Both the position numbers and the translations under genes were made by a program. This document shows positions 26,965 through 39,462 of a stretch of DNA of 64,000 nt, one piece after another; position 1 is the first letter of the stretch; each line of letters opens with the position of its first letter. The stretch is from positions 1-64,000 of the forward strand of contig NW_002060981.1 of the NCBI RefSeq assembly GCF_000150275.1, given 5' to 3'. The DNA comes from Trichoplax adhaerens. Taxonomy: Eukaryota; Animalia; Placozoa. The notes beneath the pieces are model-generated. The model was not told the DNA's origin. It made no database searches and saw only the letters and a list, made by a program, of their open reading frames with translations.

Positions 26965-27935
26965 ACCGTACTGTACAGTACACTGTACAGTACAGTACAG
27001 TGCGCTTTCTCGTCCGCTTTTTACTGTACTGTACACTGTACGTACACTACTGTACCATATACAGTACTGTAGCCAATCGCCGAAAATCAATAGGTCTGTA
27101 TCGTATCTTCAAGGTCTGTATGCGTATCAGTATAGTATCTTCTAGTGGGGTTACAATACACTAGTGTACTGTACAGTACGAAAATGGAAAAGTCCATGAC
27201 AATACAGTACTGTTGAGAATTTTTACAGATTTTACTTAAAAATTAGAACAAATCTATAGAAATGAAAGCCAGATTGACATTCCCGAGTTATTGGGCTACA
27301 TCAATATATAAGATGTAGCCTACTTTGGGCTTACTTTAGTCTACACGGCTTATTTTCCAGTCCCATGTTAACCCCGCTGTGTACAGTGTACAGTACAATA
27401 GTGTACTGTACTTCAGACAGATGGACTATTGGTACTCAATGAGGCTGTCAAGCGAAAAATGACTACTGTACTGTACTTAGTATGGATCTTCCATGTCTAT
27501 TTTCGAAATCACCAGCATTCATTTCGATCGCGTCTACGATCTTATATTACTTTTTTCAAGTAGAAATTTTGAATAGATAATAAGATTCAATGTAATATTA
27601 CTTCATTTAGAAAACATGAGTCCATTTAAAATCGACTATCTGCATACTAAAGTACTGCCTTTTGGACGAGATGAGGCCGAAAATATCTGTCCGTCCAATG
27701 ATCTTTTTCTTCTAGTAGTCCATCAGTCAGTCCATGATACACCGAGTAAAACAGATTCATGTGGTACTGTACTGTACACTGTATAGTGTACTGTACAGTA
27801 CAGTACAGTACAGTACAGGTTACACAACAATCTCTACAGTACTTTATTCTTATACTGTACTGTACACTGTACAGGCTCTATAAATGCTCTGTAAAATGGA
27901 AAGACTTACAGTACCGTACAGTACCGCACGGTACT
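26965..27935. repeat. Clusters of TACAG/CTGTA pentamer arrays in the PAF1 / coiled-coil divergent promoter
   Basis: Dense runs at ~26968-27070, 27165-27215, 27380-27410 and 27763-27935. Confidence 0.85.
27485..27698 (+). mobile_element. Decayed MITE-like interspersed repeat, copy 1
   Basis: Colinear with 60411-60656 (GATCTTCC..TTTTCGAAATCA..CAAGTAGA..TAATATTACTT.ATTTAGAAAA..TACTAAAGTA..TCTGTCCGTCCAA). Confidence 0.6.
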
Positions 27936-28728
27936 GTGGTTAGAGGACTTGCACGGAGACAACGCCATTGGACTCTACTGTATGGGCATTGGGCAGTTGT
28001 TGAGTAGTTCTTGTCAGTATACGGTAGGACGGATGGACGGATAGTTTCTAAAGCGTCAATAATATTGCATTGATTGTTGCTTCTCCGAGCCAATATTGTG
28101 TTACTAGTAGCCATATTGCAGACCGTTGTTAGGGAACGAAGTCATTGCCGCTAACTCACTGTAAAATACAATCTACGGTGTACAGATTTTCATAACAATC
28201 TGTGGTTTAGCCACAATTATTTCTTCCATTAATTACATTATAATAGTTAGTTATGATTCATACTTGTACAGTAGGTAGCCATACTTGCAATGTCGATACT
28301 GCACTCTCGTATGCATACAATTCTCTGTCATGCCATGCCCTCACTGAACTATAACGAATCATGCTGTGCAGGATGGATACTGTCCATAGAATCCAATGGC
28401 GTTGCCCCGATGACGTATTATCTGTTATCTCTAAGGACGTCATACCACGTGACCCGTTGTCATTGCTACGGATTTGATTGCACTAAGAATGCAATCCAAA
28501 CTAAAATGTTATGACTATATATTGGTAGTATTGGAAAAAGCAACAATCCATCGTCTATCGACATAAATACCTATACAATGAATATCTGATCAAGGCATAT
28601 ATCTATTACACTATAGCAGTAAGCTGTCAACAAGCAAGCGTCTAACTTACGTGCCTTTGATGTTGTTGCTTTAGCATGCAACTTGCAATCAAGTTGCAAG
28701 CGCTTTAAAAGATTGAATTAGCATAGCT

Positions 28729-31700
28729 ATGGCAACTAAATTATATGATCATGGCTTAAATTTAGACATGACTTCAGATATTGCAAGTAATACGCTACAT
28801 GGATTGGGAGAGGTAGGAAATCACTGCATAAGAATACGTACACTCTTGTTGGTGTAGCACTTCACCTAGACGTCGATGCAATTGCCGTGATTCAATCGCT
28901 ACTCTTATATCTGTATATCTTGCTATTTTATAATTTGCATAACATCTCAATCTGATATTATACAGGATACAATTGATTTTAAGCCACTTCCTAAGACCAG
29001 TATACTCAAGAAATCAATTTTGAAGGTAAGCTGATAAGGATAGAAACTGCAGATCGTCGATCGTAACTTTAATTAACTACTACTTACCAACAAGTCAAGG
29101 CAAGTTCTTCATAGAGGAAGCGATTAAATCACAATTTATTCTCAGCAAAACCATAAATTAACACTAATTTTGCCTACCTATAAATGACTAAGATAATTCA
29201 CTTCATACTATGTCCGTTTATACGACAGATTCTACATCATATTTATTACCATTATAAATAAGCGTAAACAATGTCTAAACTTGATTGTTGTCCGATACAA
29301 GAAGACCGTTGTACAGACATGATTTGCAATGTAATTTTTATACAACTCTCTTGCTTTCTATTTCTTTTAAATATAATTATGACATTATAACAATAAATCG
29401 TCGTAATAATGACGAACCTCGACTGCAGTATTACGTATAATATAATCTAAAATAGGCAAATAAAACTTATTGATGACACCATGACGTCCAGCAACGCCGA
29501 ACCTCCGATAAGAAGTTGACGAATAGCAATATTTAAATACATTGCTTGCTTGGAATAAAGCCGTTACTAAACATATCGAGTTGAAGCTAAAATATCCCGA
29601 TAATTATTAGCGTTAAAAAAATCACCAGAAAAACATGGAAACGGTTAATCGCAACAATGTTATTACTATTTCCTTGCATAAGTGATAGATTTGAAATCAA
29701 GCTATTTGTCCTAATGCTATACGTTACAGAATTTCTGAATATTCAGTGGCCTACAGTTAAATTAGTTAATATCCAAATCATCTCATAATACCATAACGTT
29801 TAGGAATTTACAAATCTTGCTCATAGGAATTCGTTATTATCAGTTATTATTCTGCAGCGTATTTGTCTTAAATTTTCTAGTGTTGATCTTGAGTTGCAAC
29901 ATTACTTATTGATATCAAATATGACCTACATAACCTATTTGGCATATAACACAAAGAACTTGCAATCTGTATATCGTAGGCAATAAAAATTTTTTGATTT
30001 ATTTGGTTAACTTTTTCAACTTAACTCATCTACTTTGTTAATATATTCAAATGACCAAATTTTAAACGAGACAGTATTTATCAGTTAGTTTACATTGGCC
30101 TCTAATCCGCTACTCGGTAATGAATAGTCAACTTTTAAGAAAGATATGTTATTAGTAATTTCCTTAATAATTTTAAATGAAATTGATTGTAGTGCTTCTC
30201 CTTTATAAAAATGTCAATTAATAACTTGGCTATATTGAATTATAAAACCCCACGCTAGTTGAAATAATAGATTACAATGTCGTCGAACTCGCAGATTTTA
30301 TCAAGGCCTTATTGTTTTTGTATCACACAATAGTTACATTTATAAAGCTTATATATAGTAGAAATCCAAAGGATCGATTTCCTTGAATACTAAAAGGTTA
30401 TATATAGATTTTATATCGTTATATTACTCTGCTCTGCATAGCTGTATGGTATAGAAGAATTATAAGCTTTTTTTTAACTGTCACATAATATTTAGAATAT
30501 CAGTCATAGAGATTAGTAATGCATTAGTGCTACTTACAGTGAAAGCATTTGTACCCGTTTATACATAAATATTCGATCTTGGAAGTGTGCGAGAAGTCTA
30601 CTATTGTTTTAGGTTATATTTAAGTTATGAAGTTAACTTAAACGCAGCATAATTGAAAAGACAAACGCTGTTAAGCAATTTTACTTTTTATGTTTGCTAA
30701 TGGAAATTCCTGTTTGCTTGTAATAGAAATTTGGAAACGATACTGATGTTTCTAGCACCAATTTAAATATGAAATCGAAGAAACGTGTCTACTTTGATGT
30801 CACACATATTGAAGAACATGAAATCCACAATGAAGATTATATATATGAAGAGAATGGAGATATAACTAACGAGGAAAACAGTTTCAATCAAGATGGCATT
30901 CAACAGGAGGAGTATGATGATGCCTTTCAACAGAACGGTGATATTGGAGATGTTCAGACATTAGAAATAGAAGAAGATAAATTCAATGAGGTAGATAAAC
31001 ATCTATATAAATCATCAATCATATAAGCAATCGAAGTCGTGATATTCACATACAGTAATCTACAGTACATCAACTTCTATAATTTTAGCTGTAACATGTA
31101 AACTATGTGTTTATATCCTAATTATTAGGCTATCAAAGATAGGAATACACCACTTTCTACTTTTAAAGCTATGATAGCAGAAGAAAAGGAAAAGCTTAAA
31201 AAACAATTAGAGATATTTCAAGAAAAGTGCCAAAGAGAGGTGAGTTTTCTTAACATGCTCAATAAACTCTACCTTTTCTTTCTACAAAATTTTCTTGATA
31301 AAAAGTTTATATAAGATTAATATTTATAATGTAAATAGCTTAGAGCAATGAAACAAGAATTAGATGATAGAAGAGAACTATTTTTACTGGAATCTGAAGA
31401 ACTTGACGCTTTAGCTTATGAACAAAGGTAAATCATTATAGGCTGTATAGGGTTATTATGGAGTAATTTTTGCGCAGCTGTCGTAACATGGATTCCATAA
31501 GACAATTTATCTAGAAACGTATTTACACACCGTTATCTATGACGTTTTACATATTATAATAGATAAATATATATTTTATAGTATTATCTATAAAGTGATA
31601 AAGTGATAATTAATGTTTATATCGATGCACTATAAATTGACTGACTTTTCAAGAAAATTTGGGTTCAGTTATGTTTAAGAGAGACTAGCGTTGTGTTGCT

Positions 31701-33249
31701 GTTCCTCCTGACCATAGGAGATCGTCAGTATTTAGAGTCTTAGTGTAGGTTAAAGTCAAGGAGGACAAACCTGACAGTAGACTCATAGTGTGTAATTTCT
31801 GCAATAGTTTAACTCTTTCCTCATTACAAATTTCGATTTATGAAAAGGGTATATAAAATGTTTTACTGGCTTTATTGCATTTTATTTAGGCAACAAATAG
31901 AGTCTGAACTTGCTGAGCTACAAGCTGAATTGAATTTAAATAAAAAACGTCAAAGTTACCAAGCAAAGGAAGATAGATTAAAATTGCTAGAGGGTGATTT
32001 GGAACGACGAGCCCAGAATTCAAAAGACTATGAACAAGAGGTAATTTAATATGTTATCGGCCCTTCACAGTAAATTTCAGTATTGATTCGTAGCAAATTA
32101 TATAGGATTACATTATTAGTTTCTAATTATTGCACTTTAATAACTTATTAAAACTTAAAATTGATATAATCTGACTCTATTATATCGACAATTAATATTT
32201 CATGTCATGTTATCATCATAGTATAACTTCAATCTAAGCTTAAGGAAGACTAATTTAGTCTGTTTACATTCGCAATTTTTAAAGATTATTGAGATGGAAG
32301 AATATCTTAACAGGCGGCATCAAATGTGGCATGATAAAACTATAGAGTTAAAAGAAAGAGACAAGGTTTATTTATTGTGTAAATTTAATGTAAATCTATC
32401 GCAGCATTGTTGAAGAGAGAGTAATTTAGTTTTTATATCAAATTAAACAGATTTATGACTCATATATTATGCATAGGAATTAAGTGAATACGAAAGGGAA
32501 ATTTCTTCTAGAAAGGAAAAGTTAAAAGAATCTGGTATTGATCTCGATAAAAACGAGTAAGTTATGCTAATATTCTGAATTTTTATGTGATTATAATCAA
32601 TCCAAATTACAAAAGATCAGTTCGACTAAATTTACTACGATTGCTTTTCAATAATATTTTATCATATCATTGTTGCCAGGATATAACATTTGAAATTTCC
32701 ATTATATAGGATATATCGATCCTAAGATCATTCATTTTCTTCCTTAATAATAATATCACTCTTTAGGCGATCGGACGATAATGAATTACAGAAGAAAATT
32801 TATGAACTGACAAATTCTCTTCAAAACTCCAAGCAAAATCTATATAAGATTGAATCTGAATCAAAGGAGAAAGATCTAATGATATCATCGATGAAATCTA
32901 AGGTTTTTTTGCCATCAAGATTAACCTACAATTATTAGAAACAGAGTGTATTTAAAATTTTTGACAAGCATTATAAAGATTCTGACTTATTATAATATTA
33001 ATGTTTTTTTGATAGTTGGATGGATTTACAAATGAAAATCGCGGCCTTCAGCAGAAAATGAGACATTTAGAATCACAGTTATCTATTACAATGGAAGAAG
33101 TTAAACAAATGAAAAAAAAACCTGATAATCGAACTAATAATGTGGCAGCAAGGCATGGTAAAATATTTAGAAGATCAAAATCTTTAGACAATGAAACACT
33201 AAGAGGTAGACGGAAAAGTACCATAAGTGTTGCTTGTACAGTTATGTAA
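28729..33249 (+). CDS. Uncharacterised coiled-coil protein with N-terminal SILK-SILK-RVxF motifs (about 10 exons)
   Basis: Phase-compatible exons 28729-28812, 28966-29025, 30727-30990, 31129-31239, 31339-31427, 31870-32040, further exons, and 33016-33249; acidic segment followed by long E/K/L heptad-rich helix. Confidence 0.7.
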
Positions 33250-35383
33250 TAGACATAGGCTGTTAAACTAATGTATGATGTACATATAAAGATGAAATAA
33301 TTATTTCTATGCACCTACAATTCTAGTATTCAGCGATACGGGTATAAAATTTTATCCCATTTGAAGCAATTATTTTTTTGTACAGCATCTATTTATTAAT
33401 TTTATGCAATGCTAATATGAAAATACTATGCTAAGCTTATTTATATATTATGTCTATCAATGTATCTTAATCGGTATTCCTAAATTATTCGTTTCTTAAG
33501 TCGTTTTCGTTCTTTGTAACGATTCAGATATGATATCTATTCTTTCGATAAAATAATATTATTTTCCTACCATTCGATCATCTAAGTAAATGCCATTTTC
33601 ATGTCTCCGTAAATTATTTTATAGTAGTTAAAATGGCCTACATGCGCAACAGATATAAAGTCATACTTCTCGTCACATTTCTGAAATTTTAAAACTATCC
33701 GTTTTATAACAGCTAGAAATGGGGATGATTTATATATCATTTCTATATGCTTATTTAACTCCCATTCTTTTAAAGCCGTATTTGACAATCTGGATCAATG
33801 ATGTAGCATAATCTTTATTCTGTATCATAACCAAAGCCAATATGAATTTCTATTTTGATGGCTGTTCTAATCGGAAAAAGCAGTATAATTTTAACATTTA
33901 CAGTATTTTAATAAATTGAATTGTTATCTGCTTTATGGTTAAATGAAAACATGTCAAAATGTAATATAAATTGCTAAATTATGATTTGTTGTCAGTACCC
34001 GTAGTAACTTTGTTAAAATGCTACATGTACTGAAAGATTTGTATTTGTTGATAATTTTGTAAATTTTTTTACTTCTAACTTTAATATTATAGCTGCAAAG
34101 TACGCTTTTCATCTCGTATTATGTTGATAGGCAGGTTGATCAAGGCGATAATAATACTATTTAGTCTTCCATTTATATTTTTATATTACTAAAATGGATA
34201 AAAACGCTAATTTTTATATCTTGGGTAACTTTTTTATAATGGTAGCGCAACGTAATGTAGCCAATTAATTGTTGTAAAGGAAATATGATTTGTTAGGCTT
34301 GCAAGTTATATTTCAAGCTAATTTCGAAGATAACTTGGATCGATTCAAAATCTCTAGATTTTACTACAAATACGGCGACAGTAATACGTATATATATATT
34401 CTCGTATATCAATAAATTAAAAGTCAACTATTCCTCATTATAAGAATGAAAACTTTGAGCCAATTTTTGGTAGCATTATGCTGTATTTATCATTACTTTA
34501 TCAAACTTATTTCCTTATTAGCATGAAGTGCATTAAGAACTATTCGCAGCATAGTAAGACTTTTGAAGTATGATCTATTCAGGTGGTTATTACGCAATAG
34601 GCGTAAAGCGTGAACCAAACTGAACGTTTATTAATCCTACAAAATAATTAGCGGTTATATATATTTTAATTTGGTATTCAGTAGAATCATAAAATTTAAA
34701 AATAAAAACCATAATGTTTGGCCAATATTCATATATTACTTTTCAAGTACTATAGTTCAAGTCGAATAATTAAATTTAAATTAGAAAAAAATATAACCGA
34801 TAACAATTTCGGTAAACACTTATTACAATAAAAGACTATAATTAATACTAATAGCTGATTGAGTTTAAAGATGTAACTTTGTAAATTTTGACCAAAGATT
34901 CACCTATTACTTTCTAAGTATTACTGTATGAGGAAATTATTAAAATCTATGCTAAGCCAGTCAAATATTGCTAATTCATATTATATTATATAGTTGATAT
35001 AGTTTTGATTGCAAATAGAGCTGATCTTTTCCGTAGTAGCATGTCAAAAGCTAATATTTAATTATTTCCCTATCTATGTACGTTTAATTAAAATGCTTGA
35101 TAGTAGCAGGAAAATATCAAAAATCTGTAATGCCACTGTGCTACAAAGTGTAAACTAAGTACGTTAAATGACTACCGATTGATTATGTAATATAATAACT
35201 CGTTTGACATTTATTAGCATACCGTAGTATAATAGCCGTAATATGTATACTCGTATACGACAGTGTACAGATCCAGACAGGATGTAAATGAAAACCTGTA
35301 GCGTTTGATTTAGCAGAAAAAATTGTTTTTATTATTATCAAGTAAGTTATAGGTTTTTAGCTGTTATGGCCATGAATATTACG

Positions 35384-36202
35384 CTATATTTCATCAGCGT
35401 TACTATTTATACAGTAGCTTAGCAGTTTTTCTAATGCTGCTGGTCCATAACTAGCTGCATCGGCTTGAACATCGTCTTCTTCAAGGTGTTGTCCGTATAA
35501 ACTATAGCTTGAATGCGGTGAATATACACGCCATTCGTTACCGGAATAACAAAATATACTAATATTTAAAAGCAATGCCGCCGTTGCTGGTAAATATCGA
35601 AGTCTATTATTGCGTATGTCCAGTTCTTGAAGAGCAGTTAGTAAGCCAATTTGGGATGGTAATCGAGAGATTAAATTATTAGCAAGCTTAAGGACCATCA
35701 GCGAATTTTTCCAAGCTTGGCAAATAGCGTCAGTAGATATAGAATCGATTAAATTGGAAGACATATCCAGATGCTGTAAATGCTTTAGATATCCTAATTC
35801 TGCTGGCATTTCTAAAAATTTATTAAAGCTTAAATTCAATTTTTTCAACTTTTGCAAATATTTCAGACTTTTAGGAAATGCCACAAAATCATTGCGGCTA
35901 AGGTCGACCGTTCTTAATTGGCGTAGATTTTCAAATATAGGCGATGGAACAACATTTAATTTATTATCGGATAGATCAAGAGTTTGCAAATTGGACATAT
36001 TAACTAACTGGTGTGGAACACTACCAGTTAATGAGCACCCAACGATATATAGATGTCTTAAATTGGTCAATTTTTCGAGAATTCCTGGCGATATTTTCAT
36101 TAATATTACTTGTGAAAGCAATAATTGACGAGTCACACGTGCTTCTCTTGCTTTGCTATTTAGAATGGCTTTAAGTTTAGGATTGGCGTCCATATCCATC
36201 AT
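35384..36202 (-). CDS. Leucine-rich repeat protein, single coding exon, 272 aa
   Basis: About seven LxxLxLxxNxL repeats (LQTLDLSDNKL, LRTVDLSRNDF, LKKLNLSFNKF, LQHLDMSSNLI, LQELDIRNNRL). Confidence 0.85.
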   Translation of the reverse strand: MMDMDANPKLKAILNSKAREARVTRQLLLSQVILMKISPGILEKLTNLRHLYIVGCSLTGSVPHQLVNMSNLQTLDLSDNKLNVVPSPIFENLRQLRTVDLSRNDFVAFPKSLKYLQKLKKLNLSFNKFLEMPAELGYLKHLQHLDMSSNLIDSISTDAICQAWKNSLMVLKLANNLISRLPSQIGLLTALQELDIRNNRLRYLPATAALLLNISIFCYSGNEWRVYSPHSSYSLYGQHLEEDDVQADAASYGPAALEKLLSYCINSNADEI

Positions 36203-36553
36203 GAGTAGTAGAGTCGTTCTATATCATCATACACAATCCAATATTTGCCATTAAGGCTATTTTGACTTCAATAAGAAGTAGAATTTCACATGACATGTCA
36301 AATATAACATTGATGAAGGCCTTGACTTTTACCCTATAACGGAATCGTTTGACAATTGACAGTTAATAATATTGACTAATATCGTGCGAAATCGGCTTGA
36401 ACTAGTTTGTAAATAAGCATTCTGTACGATTATTTCACGAAGAATGTTGAATTTGCGCCATTGGATGACGAATGGTCTAATTATTATTTAATAATTACTA
36501 TATAATTGTTATAACCATTATTAAGTACAGATTTGATTAAACCCTTGCTCTAT

Positions 36554-36567
36554 GTTACTATGGAAAC
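36554..36567. promoter_or_regulatory. RFX X-box-like motif GTTACTATGGAAAC
   Basis: Fits the GTHNYY-AT-RRNAAC X-box consensus; lies in the divergent promoter of the LRR and FKBP-TPR genes. Confidence 0.5.
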
Positions 36568-37414
36568 GGAACGCCCAGGATCAACCATGTACTAGTGCAG
36601 TATTAGAAAACAGCAGCGCAAAGCGCTTCGAATAACGTAATCAATATTGGTACGCATTCAGTAGTGCTAATTTTCTTATTTACTATGGAATGATATTAAA
36701 ATCTTTAAAAGTGGACAAACTGTAAACCTGAATTTGCTATTAATATTTTTGGCTTTGAATCTGTCTTTTTCGTTTATTTCTAAACGTATTAGCAATAATT
36801 GTGAAGTTCAAGTATACATTAGTATAGGATTATTGCTTTAGTTTCTGTCGAGCCCTCTGATAAATCTGCAAATAAGCAAGAAAACGATCGACCATGAAGG
36901 AAGCACACGGACGCGAGGACGGACAGACAGCAGACTTATTAAGTAAGGGGTATCATACTGATATATTGACCCATACTGTAGACTGTAAATGACACCGTGA
37001 ACTAGTCTTCACTAGGGTATAGTAACCCATCATTTAGTTGCTGGGACAAAGTCTGTTCGTTTTTTGCTCAGCTGCAATTTCATAACCTCCATCGTCAGTT
37101 GAGAAGAAGAAATTAACACCGAATAACTCATTAAATATTGATAAATATTCGATTTTGGCGAGGCTTATAGAGAATAACATTATTCAATACTAGCAAGTGT
37201 TCATGAATGGGCTCGTATGAGATTTGGCACTGCTGAAATAGCCTTAAAATTATATTTTATACCTGTGATTGTTTGCATTCCTGAGAATGTAGAAATATGA
37301 GCAAACGTATACCTTGATCTCGTTGTTTTCGATGTCAAAGTAAGATTTAGATTAATTAGGCTAAGTTGTTTAGGAATACATGATATACGAACAATAATGC
37401 ATATGCGATTTTAG

Positions 37415-39120
37415 ATGGGTAATGAAGATTTCTATCAACGCCACATTACGAGGTTAGGGCAAGACCTAATCACACCTAATGTCGGCTCTTTTTGCTCAGG
37501 TAATGCCCATTAATAGTACCTTAGTATATCAAGTATCTCGTTGTATTTATTATTTTGTTAATGCTATACCTTGATGATTTTTGTATTAGTTATCGTCACG
37601 GGGAAGCTCGTATCGAACAACACAATTATCGATTCTCGTTATGATAAAGAGGTAGAGTGGAAAATTGGTCAAGGTAAATAGGTTATGATATATAAATGAT
37701 ACTTATTATCTTTTTAGGATAGAAGTAATTCTATTACTAAGATATTTGATCCTATGCTACCTTAACTTACTTTGCCTGCTTTATTTATATATTATATGCT
37801 TTTAATGATGGTACTTGCTCTTACTGCATATGTGACTAATGAGACCGTAATTTAAATAAAGTTAGTTTAGCTTCTAATAATGTTGTGATAATACTTCTAT
37901 TTATGAAAAATTTGATAGGCGATACTGAACTATGTGAAGTGATTGATGACTGTTTACAATCCATGCACGCCGGCGACATTTGCAATTTTACTCTAAAGCC
38001 AGATGAAGCCTACTATATTCTCAAAGAAGAGGATATTCATATAGATCAAGATATCGAAGTTGTATATGAAGTTCAATTGAAGAAATTTATTAAGGTAAAC
38101 TACGTTCGTCTTGGTTATACGTAGACTCCTCCTATCATCTATTATTACTCCCTTACATTATATGGGTCTTTATTTATAATAATAATACAGGCAAAGGAGA
38201 CTTGGTATTCTACTGTAGAGGAGCTGTTTAATGAAGCAATAAGTAATAAAGCAAGGGGTGTAAATCTATACAAGGTCAAACTTTTAGTGATATCAGTACT
38301 TATGATACATTGAATGTCTATCACGGCTATATCTAAATACATTTATACATACTTTTCATGGATACTTGTTTAATATTATTGAAAAATTTCTATATTAGAG
38401 CGGAAAGGTTATTGCTGCAGCTCGCAGATTCAGTATTGCCTTGAAATGTTTAATTATTATGGAATCTGATCGCCTAGCAAGCCGAAATGATGAACATTGT
38501 ATGCAAGATATGCGTATAGTATACTATGTATATAATAGAATACGGTTACAATTTGTAGGGCGCAGTATGTTACTTAACTGGAGCTGTTAGCAGTTTACTC
38601 CATTTAATCTTAATCAATTAATATCTTCCAGCTAATCTCAGAAAAAATTGCTATCTCAATCTTGCTACCTGTCAAGCAAAGCATAACATGCATCCATCAG
38701 TAATTGTCAACTGTTCGAAGGTTTTGAAATATTGTAAATATCACCATTGGCTTTAAGGTAGCTGTTGTTAATAGTGTTTACATTATACTTACTCCGTAGG
38801 TTTTACAGATGGAACCAAATAATCTAAAAGCTCTATTTAAGCGCGGTGTTGCGTACACCGCTGTCAATGATTTTGATAATGCTAAAGCTGATTTAGAATC
38901 GGTTGGTTAAATGTTTACAACAATAATTTCTGTTACACGACAAATTACAAACGAACTATATAATTTTAACTAGGATCAATTATTTTATTAGGCAAAATTA
39001 CAAGATCCGAGCAATAAGGCTGTCATAATGGCGATACAGAACTTATTTACAAAAACACTAAAGCAAAATAAATTCTATCAGCAAGCTTTGGCTGGCATGT
39101 TTCAGAGTAAAAGCAAGTAA
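37415..39120 (+). CDS. FKBP-type (degenerate PPIase fold) plus TPR co-chaperone, FKBPL/FKBP6-like; start codon tentative
   Basis: Spliced EWKIGQGDTELCEVIDDCLQSMHAGDICNF..VVYEVQL, then TPRs KARGVNLYK, CYLNLATCQ, NLKALFKRGVAY, DPSNKAV, ending ALAGMFQSKSK*. Confidence 0.8.
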
Positions 39121-39462
39121 AGTAGAACTTACTGTACAGTGTTGTTTACTTTGGCTACATTACTTTATATGTACTAATTATAAATAATAGACGATACACT
39201 TTTTATATTGCCATTGTGAAGATAAATCTTATGGTACATTTAAATTATCATGCAAGATGGTGTTAGTCACCATATTATGAATATTATTGTTCCTCATTTT
39301 AAATATTCTATATACATGTACGCCAATTTAGACGCTTTATAGATAGATAGTAATAAAGGAAGAGTGTAGAAAATTTTGTCTTTGAACTTGAATACGATTA
39401 CGAAGGATGACTTAGCATCTGGTTAAATATGATCTGTGCTGTGCATATATAACGGAGATATC

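Noticed and set aside
26701-28514. Short ORFs rich in T/V/Q/Y/C/S
   Set aside because: Translations of the TACAG/CTGTA arrays and promoter sequence.
35754-36128. Antisense ORF over the LRR gene (similarly 33048-33314, 62283-62561, 53270-53833)
   Set aside because: Shadow frames of real genes with no recognisable domains.
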